Notes: a model not told the origin generated them from the letters alone. A DNA stretch of 64,000 nucleotides from Bacteroidota bacterium (GCA_031418215.1 JANOXC010000154.1:1716-65715), one strand, 5' to 3'; positions 51,729-62,753 are shown, numbered from the stretch's first letter. Made by a program: numbers and translations.

Positions 51729-53178
51729 TCTTTTCGTCTTTGATAGTGAAATTCAGTTTTAATAATTCGTCACGTATTTTATCGGAAGTGGCAAAATCCT
51801 TTTTTGTTTTTGCTTCTGCCCTGATATTTAACAATACCTGTATGAGTCCCTCAGTATCATCGGATCCCGTTTTGATTTCAGGTTTCAACCCGAGTATGTC
51901 AATGGCAAAAGAATTCATCAGCGATTTCAAAATCACTTTATCAGCAGCTGTTATTTTTTCAGAGCTTGCATGAACAGAATTAATATAGCGTGCAGCATCA
52001 AATAAATGAGAGATGGCAATTGCCGTATTCAAATCATCATTCATTGCCGAGTAAAAATCAGTCTTCAGCTTTGCGATATCATATGTTGATGTATCACTAG
52101 AAATCAAACCGTCAATCAAATCCATGGCATTAAACAATCGCATCATCCCTTTCTCTGCAGCTTGTAATCCTTCATTGGAGAAATCAACGGTACTCCTATA
52201 ATGTGCCTGTAAAATAAAGAAGCGAACTGTCATAGGTGAATAAGCTTGCGCAAGCAGTTTATGTTCACCGGAAAAAAATTGTTCCAGGTTGATAAAGTTA
52301 CCCAACGACTTTCCCATTTTCTGACCGTTGATGGTGATCATGTTATTGTGCATCCAGTAACGGACAGGTGCTTTGCCACAACTTCCCTTCGACTGTGCAA
52401 TCTCACTTTCATGATGTGGAAATAATAAATCCATTCCACCTCCGTGTATATCAAATGTTGACCCAAGGTATTTCTGACTCATGGCAGAACATTCAATATG
52501 CCAGCCCGGAAAACCATCACTCCAGGGTGAAGGCCAGCGCATGATATGTTCAGGCTGTGCTTTTTTCCATAATGCAAAATCAACTGCATTCTGTTTTTCG
52601 GCTTGTCCTTCCAACTCACGCTTTTCATTTCCTGCTCCTGCAATCAAATCTTCAACGATACGACCGGACAACTTTCCATAATCATTTGTCTTGCTGTATT
52701 TCAATACATCAAAATATACGGAGCCATTCGATTCATACGCAAAACCATTATCCATGATTTGTTTAATCATTTCAATCTGTTCAATAATATGTCCTGATGC
52801 ACGAGGTTCAATACTAGGATTTAGAATATTCAATGCGCGCATTGAATCATGAAACATATCCGTATACAATTGTACGATTTCCATCGGCTCCAATTGTTCC
52901 AGTCTTGCCTTTTTTGCAATCTTATCTTCCCCTTCATCAGCATCATTTTCCAAATGGCCAACATCAGTAATGTTGCGCACATAACGAACTTTATATCCTA
53001 AATGCTGAAGGTAACGATTTAAAACATCGAAGGTGATATAAGGACGCGCATGTCCTAAATGCGGTGCGCCATAAACCGTTGGTCCGCAGACATACATCCC
53101 TGCAAATGGAGGGTTAAGGGGAATAAAATTTTCCTTCTGACGGGTTAATGAATTGGTAATAAATAATGGATGTTCCAT
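51703..53178 (-). CDS. cysS: cysteine--tRNA ligase
   Basis: [15 protein letters not shown] (HIGH) and KMSKSLGN motifs; 491 aa. Confidence 0.9.
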   Translation of the reverse strand: MEHPLFITNSLTRQKENFIPLNPPFAGMYVCGPTVYGAPHLGHARPYITFDVLNRYLQHLGYKVRYVRNITDVGHLENDADEGEDKIAKKARLEQLEPMEIVQLYTDMFHDSMRALNILNPSIEPRASGHIIEQIEMIKQIMDNGFAYESNGSVYFDVLKYSKTNDYGKLSGRIVEDLIAGAGNEKRELEGQAEKQNAVDFALWKKAQPEHIMRWPSPWSDGFPGWHIECSAMSQKYLGSTFDIHGGGMDLLFPHHESEIAQSKGSCGKAPVRYWMHNNMITINGQKMGKSLGNFINLEQFFSGEHKLLAQAYSPMTVRFFILQAHYRSTVDFSNEGLQAAEKGMMRLFNAMDLIDGLISSDTSTYDIAKLKTDFYSAMNDDLNTAIAISHLFDAARYINSVHASSEKITAADKVILKSLMNSFAIDILGLKPEIKTGSDDTEGLIQVLLNIRAEAKTKKDFATSDKIRDELLKLNFTIKDEKNGTTWSKN

Positions 53179-53231
53179 AATGAGGTCCCGATTTTTCGGG
53201 GAAAAAATTAATTTTCTATATATATAAATTC

Positions 53232-54203
53232 TTAAAGGGTCACAGGATTTTGTTTTTGCAAACGGATGTGTTTAATCATATCACCTGTCATTCTTTGCAG
53301 ATCATACTCAGGTTTCCAATTCCAATGTTCACGTGCAACGCTGTCGTCAATTGATCCCGGCCATGAATCAGCAATCTGCTGCCGAAAATCCGGCTGGTAA
53401 TTAACACTGAAAGATGGAATGTGTTTTTTGATTTCTGCTGCAATTTCAGCTGGCGTAAAACTGATTCCGGCTAGGTTATAACTCGATCTGATTTTGATCT
53501 TATCAGCTGAGGCATTCATCAGTTCAAGGGTGCCGCGAATGGCATCAGGCATGTACATCATCGGCAACATTGTATCCGATTTCAAGTAACACTCATAACT
53601 TCCTTTCACAATTGCTTCGTGGAAAATGTCAACTGAATAATCAGTAGTTCCGCCACCTGGATGCGCTTTATAACTAATTAACCCCGGATAACGAATGCTG
53701 CGTACATCAACACCAAATTTGTTATGATAATATTCGCACCAACGTTCGCCAGCCAGTTTACTAATTCCATAAACCGTAGAAGGTTCCATTACTGTATACT
53801 GTGGCGTATCCCTATTAGGTGTTGTCTTTCCAAAAACAGCAATCGAACTGGGCCAGAATATTTTCAACGAAGGATTTTCCCTGGCAAGTTCCAATATATT
53901 AAAGAGCCCTTCCATATTTAATTTCCAGGCTGATTTCAATTTTTGCTCTGCTGTAGCTGAAAGCAGTGCCGCCAAGAGGTATACTTCTTTTACTTTGTGA
54001 ATACGGATGATATCGGCTACCGATTTAACATCCAATACATCCATCACATAAAAAGGTCCTGATTCGCGCAAATATCCCTGCTGGTCTTTTACATCAGAAG
54101 CTACCACGCGGCTGCCCCCTAAATTTTCCCTGAGTTGCGTAACAAGGTCAGTACCAATCTGACCTGCTGATCCAATAACTAAAACTGTGTCACCCGTATT
54201 CAT
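53232..54203 (-). CDS. NAD-dependent epimerase/dehydratase family protein (SDR-type L-threonine 3-dehydrogenase-like)
   Basis: N-terminal [14 protein letters not shown] Rossmann motif, YxxxK; 323 aa. Confidence 0.7.
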   Translation of the reverse strand: MNTGDTVLVIGSAGQIGTDLVTQLRENLGGSRVVASDVKDQQGYLRESGPFYVMDVLDVKSVADIIRIHKVKEVYLLAALLSATAEQKLKSAWKLNMEGLFNILELARENPSLKIFWPSSIAVFGKTTPNRDTPQYTVMEPSTVYGISKLAGERWCEYYHNKFGVDVRSIRYPGLISYKAHPGGGTTDYSVDIFHEAIVKGSYECYLKSDTMLPMMYMPDAIRGTLELMNASADKIKIRSSYNLAGISFTPAEIAAEIKKHIPSFSVNYQPDFRQQIADSWPGSIDDSVAREHWNWKPEYDLQRMTGDMIKHIRLQKQNPVTL

Positions 54204-54288
54204 AGCTCGTTTGTTCTGATAAGTCTTGCAAAAGTAGAATTATTCCTGCAGCATTCAATGTTACCTTCATTACTTTTGAGCAGCTTTT

Positions 54289-56427
54289 ATGACAAGATTT
54301 AAAAAACTATTTCATCGTCTTTCAGTACCCTTATCACTTTTGATATTGGTGCTGGTGGCATATTGGCCTTTAATGGTCTATTGCATGAAATTCGACATCC
54401 TCGATCAATATCTTCCCTGGCGCTATTTAGTAGGACAATGTCTGCAAAGCGGGCACTTGCCTTTGTGGAATCCATATACCCACTTGGGCTATCCACTCAA
54501 TGCCGATCCACAGAGTGGTGCCTGGTATCCAATTGCTTGGTTTATAGGAATGGGATTTGGATACAATATATATTGGATTCAGACTGAATATTTATTTCAT
54601 GTATGGTTGGCCGGTTGCGGTATGTTTCTCCTAGTTAAAGAATTGGCAAAAAACGAAAATGTGGCGTGGTTGGCAGGAGCCAGTTATCTTCTTTCCGGAT
54701 TTTTTACCGGTAATGCACAACACCTTACCTGGATCATTAGCGGAGCCTGGGTCCCCTTTATTCTTTGCAATTTCCTGATGATGGCAAGACTTGGGCACTT
54801 GAAATACATTTTATATTGCGCCCTTTGTTTTTTTATGTTGATTACAGGAGGTTATCCTGCATTTACCATTGTTCTATTATATATATTGATTGCCCTGAGT
54901 ATAATAATAATCATCAGGAAATGGCATTTCAATTATCCTATTTTTCCATTTATAAAATCGTTGCTGATTTTTGGTGTTTCCACGATTTTGCTGAGTTCCG
55001 TTATGCTTGTTTCTATTGCAGATAGCTTTCGTATTGCAGGACGGGCAGAAGGTTTGAGCAGAGAGTTGGCTATGGCAAATCCTTTCTCACCACAAAGTAT
55101 GTTGTCGTGGCTGTTCCCTTTAAGTTCCGTGAAAGATGCTGACCTGTTTCAGACTGACCCAAGCATGTCGAACGGATATTTCGGATTGATGATGATGGCG
55201 GGGTTGTTTATTAGTTTTTTCAGAAAGAAATATTTCCTGGAAAAAGTGATATTGATCGGTAGTTTGTTTTTCCTGATTGCTGCCATGGGAAGCTATATGC
55301 CATTACGCGGATGGATGTACGATTATATTCCTTTAATGAATCTATTTCGTATGCCAGGACTTTTCCGCTTATTTACCATTATCGGTTTCATCATGTTAGC
55401 TTCCTTCTCTATTGCTGACATATATCAACGAAAAAATGTATCAGCGTCTTTTACAAAACCGTTATTGGCAATTAGTGTTTTACTAATTACCGGAATTGTC
55501 ATTATCATTTTCCGTGGCGCTGAATGGAGCCATTTTAACTCCAATGGTTATGTAAGCGGATTACAAGATTTAAAGTTTAATGAAAGCATGTTGTTACAGG
55601 GCATTGTTCAATTAACTTGTATTGCCTTATTTCTTGTGTTTTTGAAAAACAAAACTGCTTTTTATTTATTGGTCATTGACGGTGTTCTAGCCTGTTGGCT
55701 TTGCGCACCTGTAACAATTGTGAGTACACTTAAAATAACTGATCTGCAGGAAAAAATAAATCAACTTCCTGTTTCATTTCGAATCCCGGACCTCACACCA
55801 ATGGATAAAAATGTGGATCGTGATGGTTTCATTGGCCCGCTTTGGTGCAATCTGGGTATTTGGAAAAAGCAACCAATCAAGGATGGCTATAATAACTTCC
55901 AGACAAAAGATTTTCTGCTTTTTGAAAAATCTGCTATTGCAAAATACGTTCTTAAAAATCCAATTATCTATCAATCATTAACGGCTTCCTTAAGCAAAAA
56001 GAGCAATGCTGATTCAATGTTACTCGTCAACGATAGTACCCATTTGCTGTTGGATGAATTAACTTATGAAAACAATGTTGCAGTTCCGGTAGCAAAAACT
56101 CAAATGTCTTTGCCGGAGTTAACTGCATTTTCTCCCTACAAAATTGAAGCATCAGTTGACAATACTGTTGATTGTTATTTCACACTTTTACAGCAATATA
56201 CCACAGGATGGAAGATTTGTATTGATGAAAAAGAAAATATGTCTATGCGTAGTAATGGTCTGTTTATTTCAACAAAGGTGAAAGCCGGAAAACACAAAAT
56301 ATCCTTTATATACAATGATAAAAAAACAGCGTTTGCATTTTATATGTCTGCCTTCTCATTGCTAGTTGCACTTGTATTATTGGCAGTAAACAGAAAAACT
56401 ATTTCAAGTCCTTCCCCATATTTTTAA
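54289..56427 (+). CDS. large polytopic membrane protein (YfhO-like, possible glycosyltransferase)
   Basis: 712 aa with at least 12 transmembrane helices followed by a C-terminal soluble domain. The family assignment is tentative. Confidence 0.45.
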   Translation: MTRFKKLFHRLSVPLSLLILVLVAYWPLMVYCMKFDILDQYLPWRYLVGQCLQSGHLPLWNPYTHLGYPLNADPQSGAWYPIAWFIGMGFGYNIYWIQTEYLFHVWLAGCGMFLLVKELAKNENVAWLAGASYLLSGFFTGNAQHLTWIISGAWVPFILCNFLMMARLGHLKYILYCALCFFMLITGGYPAFTIVLLYILIALSIIIIIRKWHFNYPIFPFIKSLLIFGVSTILLSSVMLVSIADSFRIAGRAEGLSRELAMANPFSPQSMLSWLFPLSSVKDADLFQTDPSMSNGYFGLMMMAGLFISFFRKKYFLEKVILIGSLFFLIAAMGSYMPLRGWMYDYIPLMNLFRMPGLFRLFTIIGFIMLASFSIADIYQRKNVSASFTKPLLAISVLLITGIVIIIFRGAEWSHFNSNGYVSGLQDLKFNESMLLQGIVQLTCIALFLVFLKNKTAFYLLVIDGVLACWLCAPVTIVSTLKITDLQEKINQLPVSFRIPDLTPMDKNVDRDGFIGPLWCNLGIWKKQPIKDGYNNFQTKDFLLFEKSAIAKYVLKNPIIYQSLTASLSKKSNADSMLLVNDSTHLLLDELTYENNVAVPVAKTQMSLPELTAFSPYKIEASVDNTVDCYFTLLQQYTTGWKICIDEKENMSMRSNGLFISTKVKAGKHKISFIYNDKKTAFAFYMSAFSLLVALVLLAVNRKTISSPSPYF

Positions 56428-57064
56428 TGGTTTCAAGATTAGTTTTTTGTTCATCAATATCCTTATTCAGGCCTGTCTGCTGCTCCTTTATTTCTTTTTG
56501 CTCTCTTTCATTTTCAGCTATCTTAACTTTCATTTTTTCAATATCAGATACAAGTCGTTCATCTTTTTTCTGCAGGTTCTGCAATTGCACCATTTTTACA
56601 GATAGCAACTTAGTGGCAATACTAATCTTGTTATCAAGCTCATTTTTTGCAATAGGTGTTGCAAAATCATTAAGTATTCGTTCCAATAATTTCGCATCGC
56701 CGGCAAAAGTTGCGGGAGCAATATAAGTACCCTGTTTTCTGAAGGCAGATGTTAACAAAACACCTCCCGGAGCCTCTTCTATTTTTGAAAAAATCTGTAA
56801 TGTATCAGGCCCAATGGCATTGATCATTGCATTTTGTCCGCTAATGCCATCTTTATTACTTTTTACTCTTGCATTATTATCTTTTAAGAAACCAACCCAT
56901 TTTTTCTCCACTGTCTTTGTTGAAGCATGTGGAATAAAAACAGCGAATGCTGAATTATAACCATCATCCATTTTCATTGAAGTATTTTCAACTGTTACCT
57001 TCTGTGCTGCTGAATCTGAAATTGCAAATGCAATAAAGAGTACGACTAAAATGTTTTTCATCAT
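56399..57064 (-). CDS. hypothetical secreted protein with C-terminal coiled coil
   Basis: Signal peptide; roughly 120-aa globular part followed by a Lys/Glu/Gln-rich coiled coil; 221 aa. Confidence 0.45.
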   Translation of the reverse strand: MMKNILVVLFIAFAISDSAAQKVTVENTSMKMDDGYNSAFAVFIPHASTKTVEKKWVGFLKDNNARVKSNKDGISGQNAMINAIGPDTLQIFSKIEEAPGGVLLTSAFRKQGTYIAPATFAGDAKLLERILNDFATPIAKNELDNKISIATKLLSVKMVQLQNLQKKDERLVSDIEKMKVKIAENEREQKEIKEQQTGLNKDIDEQKTNLETIKNMGKDLK

Positions 57065-57208
57065 TTACTTATTTTTGATATTAAACCAATTAGAACTAGT
57101 AGTTGACTTTTCACTTCTTAATTATTTTGCATTACTATTTTTAAAAAATATGCTCATGATTGCTTAGTGTTTTACAATCAACAAACAATTAATATTTCCC
57201 TAGCCTAT

Positions 57209-57574
57209 TCATTCACTTGATATTATTTTATCAATGTAATAGTTTGAATCCCCTCTCCATGGCAGATGACTTCTCTTTTGTTCATAATGAAGTGTAACAT
57301 GCTTCCCTTCAAGATTAAACAACACGCCGGCTATGCTGTCATTTTTTACAGAGAAGTAAAATTTTTCCGATGCAATGGTAGTGTTGCCGGTGGTAGTAAT
57401 GCTACTCATGATCAGCTCTCCTTCGTACGTTTTAAAGATATTACCCTTTTTCGAAAACTTTTGCAGGATGCCCGCGCGATTGCCTTCGCTATAAGTGTTA
57501 TAGTAGTTCCAATAAACAAGAAAAGCAAGTAAAACAATTAATATGATGGTTCCCCAGATTAGAAATTTCTTCAT
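57209..57574 (-). CDS. hypothetical membrane-anchored protein
   Basis: N-terminal transmembrane helix; 121 aa; no known domain. Confidence 0.4.
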   Translation of the reverse strand: MKKFLIWGTIILIVLLAFLVYWNYYNTYSEGNRAGILQKFSKKGNIFKTYEGELIMSSITTTGNTTIASEKFYFSVKNDSIAGVLFNLEGKHVTLHYEQKRSHLPWRGDSNYYIDKIISSE

Positions 57575-57668
57575 ATGTTATAACTATAAGAGTATAAAAT
57601 TAATATAAATCCAACAGATTACAAGGCCATTAATTCTTCTTAAAGTAGTATAGTTAAATAGTTTGAAA

Positions 57669-58259
57669 TTATTGATGTTTGGTTTCAGTTACACCGCCGG
57701 AAATCACAAACTTCATCATGTCGGTTCCTGAAGCATCAATGCGTGAGATATTTTCTTTAGTTACAATGACTAACTGACCGTTAAACCCATAACTGAAGGG
57801 CAGATATACAGCAATTAAATTTTGTGGCAACCCAATTTCCGTTAAATCATCTTCTGTAACAAAACCGATGCGGTGCACCTTAGGGTTTTCGTTCATGGTA
57901 ACCAATACCGGCTGCGTAAAGCGTTTTTTCTCCCCAACAAATGCTTCAATTAAATCTTTCACTGAGCCATAAATTAATTTTAGCATCGGTGTCCGCTCAA
58001 TGAATGATTCCATCATAGCAAAGACCGGATTCCTTACAAAACGGGTTCCTACATAACCAAAAAAGGTAATCGTTACCAATATAACGAGGATGCCTAGTCC
58101 GGGTAATGTGATTCCTTTTGTACCGGGAACAGGGATATCAATCTGTATCGGCAATAAACCATCCATCCATACTACAGCATTGATCACAACATAAAATGTA
58201 ACAACAATAGGTACAACGAATAATAATCCTTGCAAGAAAAAATTGACTAGCTTCTTCAT
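57669..58259 (-). CDS. DUF502-like membrane protein
   Basis: MKKLVNFFLQGLLFVVPIVVTFYV.. is typical of DUF502. The start is trimmed to MKKL, because the longer ORF would run across the upstream terminator. Confidence 0.55.
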   Translation of the reverse strand: MKKLVNFFLQGLLFVVPIVVTFYVVINAVVWMDGLLPIQIDIPVPGTKGITLPGLGILVILVTITFFGYVGTRFVRNPVFAMMESFIERTPMLKLIYGSVKDLIEAFVGEKKRFTQPVLVTMNENPKVHRIGFVTEDDLTEIGLPQNLIAVYLPFSYGFNGQLVIVTKENISRIDASGTDMMKFVISGGVTETKHQ

Positions 58260-58261
58260 TT

Positions 58262-58330
58262 TTTTTAGATTGGAGCCTGGAGTTCGGCGTTCGGAGAGGA
58301 ATTTTATTTTAAGTCTCCGAACTCCGAACA
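58262..58330 (-). terminator. long inverted-repeat terminator-like hairpin
   Basis: GGAGTTCGGCGTTCGGAGAG..CTCTCCGAACTCCGAAC inverted repeat, followed by a T run on the minus strand, downstream of the 58379-58732 gene. Confidence 0.4.
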
Positions 58331-58378
58331 AACAACTCCCGACTATTTGCAAATATCAGTGAAAAATAGAATACGAAA

Positions 58379-58732
58379 CTATTTATCCGATAAAATTTTT
58401 TCCGCTTTCTTTCCCATGCTTTTAACCACCATTTCATATGAATGATCGATCAATTCAAAAATTAGTTTCTTCTTGAGTAAACCATTTATCATTACGGTAT
58501 TCCAGTGCTTTTTATTCATGTGAAAACCGGGTGTGATTTCCTCATGATGCTCCCGCAATTCAATTGCCTTTTCAGGATCACACTTCAGGTTGATGCTGTC
58601 GGGTGCTCCCAAATCAATCAAGGCAAACATCTTACCGGCAACTTTAAAAACCAGCACAAACTCATTAAAAGGAAACGATTCCGTTACTTCCCTTTTGCTG
58701 ATGCAATGTTCGCGGATCTGCTCAACGTTCAT
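58379..58732 (-). CDS. MmcQ/YjbR family protein
   Basis: MNVEQIREHCISKREVTESFPFNEFVLVFKVAGKMFALI.. matches the YjbR family N-terminal pattern. The start is trimmed to MNVEQ. Confidence 0.55.
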   Translation of the reverse strand: MNVEQIREHCISKREVTESFPFNEFVLVFKVAGKMFALIDLGAPDSINLKCDPEKAIELREHHEEITPGFHMNKKHWNTVMINGLLKKKLIFELIDHSYEMVVKSMGKKAEKILSDK

Positions 58733-58881
58733 TTTGCAAAAATGAGGAAAAAAAGTGCTGGGTTCCGAGTACTGGGTGCTGGGTTCGATTTGAAAATTCG
58801 GCAATTAGATAATTTGAAAATTAAGTGCTATTTTTAAAAATATACTGGAACACACAGGCAAAGATTTTTTATCCCTAGTGT

Positions 58882-59049
58882 TGTCATTCAGTAGGAACCT
58901 TGTCAAATCGCACTGAAATTGCCAAGTATCTAGGGAAAAGTTAATTCAGGGCGCAGAAAGAAAATATTTTCACTACCATACTTCGACCTGCTTTTTGTGG
59001 GTTAATTACTCTCCATGCTCCAAAATGACAAGGTTCCTCCTGAATGACA
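58882..59049. repeat. 168-bp element with 24-bp terminal inverted repeats (TGTCATTCAGTAGGAACCTTGTCA / TGACAAGGTTCCTCCTGAATGACA)
   Basis: 23 of 24 bp complementary, 120-bp spacer, in the polA upstream region. Confidence 0.55.
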
Positions 59050-59085
59050 TTAGGTGTGGGTGAAAACCTTCTACAATCCGAAATA

Positions 59086-59102
59086 ATTCGTAATTCGCTG
59101 AT
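59086..59102. repeat. solo terminal inverted repeat of the MITE-like family (ATTCGTAATTCGCTGAT)
   Basis: 16 of 17 match to the right terminus of copy B. No partner left terminus nearby. Confidence 0.35.
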
Positions 59103-59147
59103 TTATTTATTTACTTTGAAGAATCATTACAGAATTTACAACTTAAA

Positions 59148-62012
59148 ATGAAAAAACTCTTTTTACTGGACGCTTTAGCGCTCATCTACCGAAGCTACTA
59201 CGCCCTCATACGAAATCCAAGAATAACCTCAACAGGTCGCAACACCAATGCACAATTCGGTTTTACAACAACGCTGGTTGACCTCATCAATAAAGAAAAG
59301 CCCACCCATATGGCTGTGTGCTTTGATACCCATGCCGCAACTGAACGTCATACCGACTTCGCTGATTACAAAGCCAATCGCGAAGAAGCACCGGAAGATT
59401 TAATACTGGCTTTGCCTGACATTAAAAAGATCATTGAAGGGTTTAACATTCCCGTTGTTGAGCTAGATGGTTTTGAAGCTGATGACATCATTGGCACACT
59501 TGCATTGGAAGCGGCAGATGTTGGTTATACTGTTTACATGGTAACGCCGGATAAAGATTACGGACAAATCGTTCGGGACAATATCTTTATATATAAACCC
59601 TCCTACCAGGGTAATGCTCCTGAAATCATGGGGCCGAAAGAAGTGTGTGCAAAATGGAATATTAATAATGTACACCAGGTAATTGATCTTTTAGGAATGA
59701 TGGGAGATGCTGTGGATAACATTCCCGGTATTAAAGGAATTGGCGAAAAGACTGCTGTTAAATTATTGTCTGAATATCATTCACTGGAAAATGTATTGGC
59801 CAATGCTGATAACATTAAAGGTTCTATGGGTGAAAAAGTACGTGCCGGAAGAGAGAATGCAATTATGTCGAAAAAACTGGCAACGATTATTACGAATGTT
59901 CCTGTAGAATTTCACGAAGAGAATTTCCGTTTGAAAGAAGCGAATAAGGAAAGTTTATCAGAAGTATTTGCAGAACTGGAATTTAAAACATTAGGCAAAC
60001 GGATTTTAGGGGATGCTTTTAATGCTTTCGCAGGAAATGGGAATGATGCAAGAGCCGATAACCGGCAACGTGATTTATTTGGAAATGTGATTGAATCAAA
60101 AGGCGCCACTGTTGTTGAACGCAAAGAAAACAATACCACAGAAGCCGCAGATCAAAGCAATTTGGAAACGCAGTTGGGGATGACGGCTGAACACAACATT
60201 GAAAACACGCCGCATGAATATATATTGGTGAATGATGGCAATGCTGTTGATGCTTTAATCAATACATTGAAGAAAGTCAAAGAAATTTGTTTTGATACAG
60301 AAACCACAGGGAAAGATGCCAACGACATGGAAATTGTTGGTATGAGCTTTTCCATTGAACCGCATAAGGGATGGTATGTTCCCTTATCTGCTGATCAAAA
60401 ATTAGCACAACGTAAAATTGATCAGTTTAAAATCCTGTTTGATAATCCCGACATCCTTTGGATTGGACATAATATAAAATATGATTTGTTAGTGATGAAG
60501 TGGTACAACATAGAGATCAAAGGCAAGATTACCGATACCATGCTGGCACACTACCTCATTGATCCCGATGGAAGAAGAGGAATGGATTTGCTGAGCACGC
60601 AATATCTGCACTATGAACCGGTAAGCATTGAAACGCTCATTGGTAAGAAAGGAAAGAATCAGGGCAGCATGCGCGATGCTGAACTGGAAATGATAAAAGA
60701 ATATGCTGCAGAAGATGCAGATGTTACGTTACAACTGAGTAAAGTATTTGCGCCAATGTTGAAAGAGCGCGGTGTGGAAGAAGTGTATGACAAAGTGGAA
60801 AATCCCTTGGTGCCGGTTTTAGCGGATATGGAATTTGAAGGAATTAAAGTGGATGTTGATTTTTTGAATGCTTACTCAAAGGAATTGGAAAAAGAAGCCG
60901 GAGAAAGTGAAGCGAGCGTTTATAAACAAGCAGGTGTGAAATTTAATTTGGCTTCCCCAAAACAATTGGGTGAGGTACTATTTGATATTTTAAAGATTGA
61001 TGCTAAAGCAAAAAAAACCAAGACAGGGCAGTATGCAACAGGTGAAGATGTATTATTAAAACTAGCACACCAACATAAAATTGTAGATGACATACTTGCC
61101 TTCCGTGAGCTTACGAAATTAAAATCTACTTATGTTGATGCACTCCCTTTAATGATTAACCGAAAGACAGGTCGCGTACACACTTCCTACAACCAGGCCA
61201 TTGCTGTTACAGGACGATTAAGTTCCAACAACCCCAATTTGCAAAACATCCCGGTGCGTACTGAGCGTGGGCGTGAAATACGAAAAGCATTTATTCCACG
61301 CGACAAAGATCATGTATTACTATCTGCCGACTATTCGCAGATTGAATTGCGCATCGTTGCAGCCATGAGTGGTGATGAAAACATGTGTCAGGCATTTCGT
61401 GATCATAAAGACATTCACACAGCAACAGCGGCACGTATTTACAAAATTGAAGAAAGTGAGGTGACCAAAGAAATGCGTTACAAAGCGAAGAGTGTAAACT
61501 TTGGTATCATATACGGACAAAGTGCATTTGGCCTCGCAGAAAACATTGGTGTTTCCCGCACAGAAGCAAAAGAACTCATCGACAATTACTGGAAGGAATA
61601 TGGCGCCATCAAAACCTTTATGGATTTGCAGGTAAATTTTGCAAGAGAGAATGGTTATGTACAAACCTTAATGGGTAGAAAAAGATGGCTGCGCGATATA
61701 CTCTCTTCAAATGCTGTAGTACGCGGGTTCGCCGAGCGCAATGCCATTAACATGCCCATACAGGGAACAGCTGCCGACATGATTAAGCTGGCCATGATTC
61801 GCATACAGAAAGAACTAAAAAAACAACAGCTGCAATCCAAAATGATTTTACAGGTGCATGATGAATTAGTGTTTGATGTACATCGCAGTGAAGTAGAAAA
61901 AATAAAACCCGTCATCCTTGACGGTATGCAGCATGCGCTTGAATTACCAAATGAAGTACCAACCGATGCTGAAGTGGGTGTTGGGGAGATTTGGTTGGTG
62001 GCGAATTTATAA
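59148..62012 (+). CDS. polA: DNA polymerase I
   Basis: 5'-3' exonuclease N-terminus, 3'-5' exonuclease and polymerase motifs (RRxxKxxNFGxxYG, QVHDELV); 954 aa. Unusual C-terminus ..GVGEIWLVANL. Confidence 0.95.
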   Translation: MKKLFLLDALALIYRSYYALIRNPRITSTGRNTNAQFGFTTTLVDLINKEKPTHMAVCFDTHAATERHTDFADYKANREEAPEDLILALPDIKKIIEGFNIPVVELDGFEADDIIGTLALEAADVGYTVYMVTPDKDYGQIVRDNIFIYKPSYQGNAPEIMGPKEVCAKWNINNVHQVIDLLGMMGDAVDNIPGIKGIGEKTAVKLLSEYHSLENVLANADNIKGSMGEKVRAGRENAIMSKKLATIITNVPVEFHEENFRLKEANKESLSEVFAELEFKTLGKRILGDAFNAFAGNGNDARADNRQRDLFGNVIESKGATVVERKENNTTEAADQSNLETQLGMTAEHNIENTPHEYILVNDGNAVDALINTLKKVKEICFDTETTGKDANDMEIVGMSFSIEPHKGWYVPLSADQKLAQRKIDQFKILFDNPDILWIGHNIKYDLLVMKWYNIEIKGKITDTMLAHYLIDPDGRRGMDLLSTQYLHYEPVSIETLIGKKGKNQGSMRDAELEMIKEYAAEDADVTLQLSKVFAPMLKERGVEEVYDKVENPLVPVLADMEFEGIKVDVDFLNAYSKELEKEAGESEASVYKQAGVKFNLASPKQLGEVLFDILKIDAKAKKTKTGQYATGEDVLLKLAHQHKIVDDILAFRELTKLKSTYVDALPLMINRKTGRVHTSYNQAIAVTGRLSSNNPNLQNIPVRTERGREIRKAFIPRDKDHVLLSADYSQIELRIVAAMSGDENMCQAFRDHKDIHTATAARIYKIEESEVTKEMRYKAKSVNFGIIYGQSAFGLAENIGVSRTEAKELIDNYWKEYGAIKTFMDLQVNFARENGYVQTLMGRKRWLRDILSSNAVVRGFAERNAINMPIQGTAADMIKLAMIRIQKELKKQQLQSKMILQVHDELVFDVHRSEVEKIKPVILDGMQHALELPNEVPTDAEVGVGEIWLVANL

Positions 62013-62100
62013 TAATATTACTTTTCCTTTCTATAGTTTGGTAGTAACAAACGAAAACGACTTGTTTTTAGTCTCATAAATAACTAAATTTGTAATTGAA

Positions 62101-62403
62101 ATGAAAGAGATAAATCTGCATATTGACCAAATTCAACAACTTTGTGCCTCTAACAAAGTTAAGTCTCTTTTTGCATTCGGCTCTGTTACCAATAATAAAT
62201 TTAATGCTGACAGTGATATTGATTTGGTGGTAGATATTGCAGAAAACGATCCGCTCTCTTATGCAGAAAGTTATTTTAATTTAAAATTACAGCTCGAACA
62301 ACTTTTCAAACGCCATATTGACCTTTTGGAGCAGAAAGCAATAAAAAACGCTTTCCTGAAATCACAAATTGATCAGACCAAAATTCTCCTTTATGGAAAA
62401 TGA
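62101..62403 (+). CDS. MNT-type nucleotidyltransferase (antitoxin-like partner of HepT)
   Basis: GSVTNNKFNADSDIDLVVD minimal nucleotidyltransferase motif; 100 aa. Overlaps the HepT start. Confidence 0.7.
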   Translation: MKEINLHIDQIQQLCASNKVKSLFAFGSVTNNKFNADSDIDLVVDIAENDPLSYAESYFNLKLQLEQLFKRHIDLLEQKAIKNAFLKSQIDQTKILLYGK

Positions 62404-62734
62404 AATTAAGGTTTGGTTGACGGATATTAAACAAGCCATTGAGGAGATCAATCAATTTCTTCCCGAGAGGAAAGACTTTAATGAATTTCAAAAAGATCTT
62501 AAAACTAAATGAGCAATTGAAAGAAACATTGAGATTATTGGAGAAGCTGTAAACAGGATTTTAAAAGCCAACCCTGAAATTAAAATTACTCACGCCAGGA
62601 AAATTGTTGATACAAGGAATAGAATCAGCCACGGATACGACAGTGTGTCTTCAGAAATTATTTGGTCAATTGTGGTTCGCGACTTATCTGACTTAGAAAC
62701 TGAAATCAAGCAGTTGCTTGAATCTGATTTGTAA
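62393..62734 (+). pseudogene. HepT (DUF86) toxin gene interrupted by an in-frame TGA
   Basis: Start overlaps the MNT stop. Frame reads ..DLKTK-TGA(62510-62512)-AIERNIEIIGEAVNR..RNRISHGYD (Rx4HxY motif) and is continuous apart from the single stop. A TGG (Trp) is expected at that position. Confidence 0.6.
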
Positions 62735-62753
62735 TGTAAATTTCTTGACTTAA

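Noticed and set aside
57669-58352. Longer 227-aa form of the DUF502 gene
   Set aside because: The N-terminal 31 codons run through the upstream inverted-repeat terminator. A canonical MKKL start with a DUF502-like N-terminus lies at 58259.
62510-62512. Selenocysteine or pyrrolysine recoding at the HepT TGA
   Set aside because: No SECIS-like hairpin follows the TGA, HepT homologs have Trp here, and no sel genes are in view. A nonsense mutation or a sequencing error is more likely.
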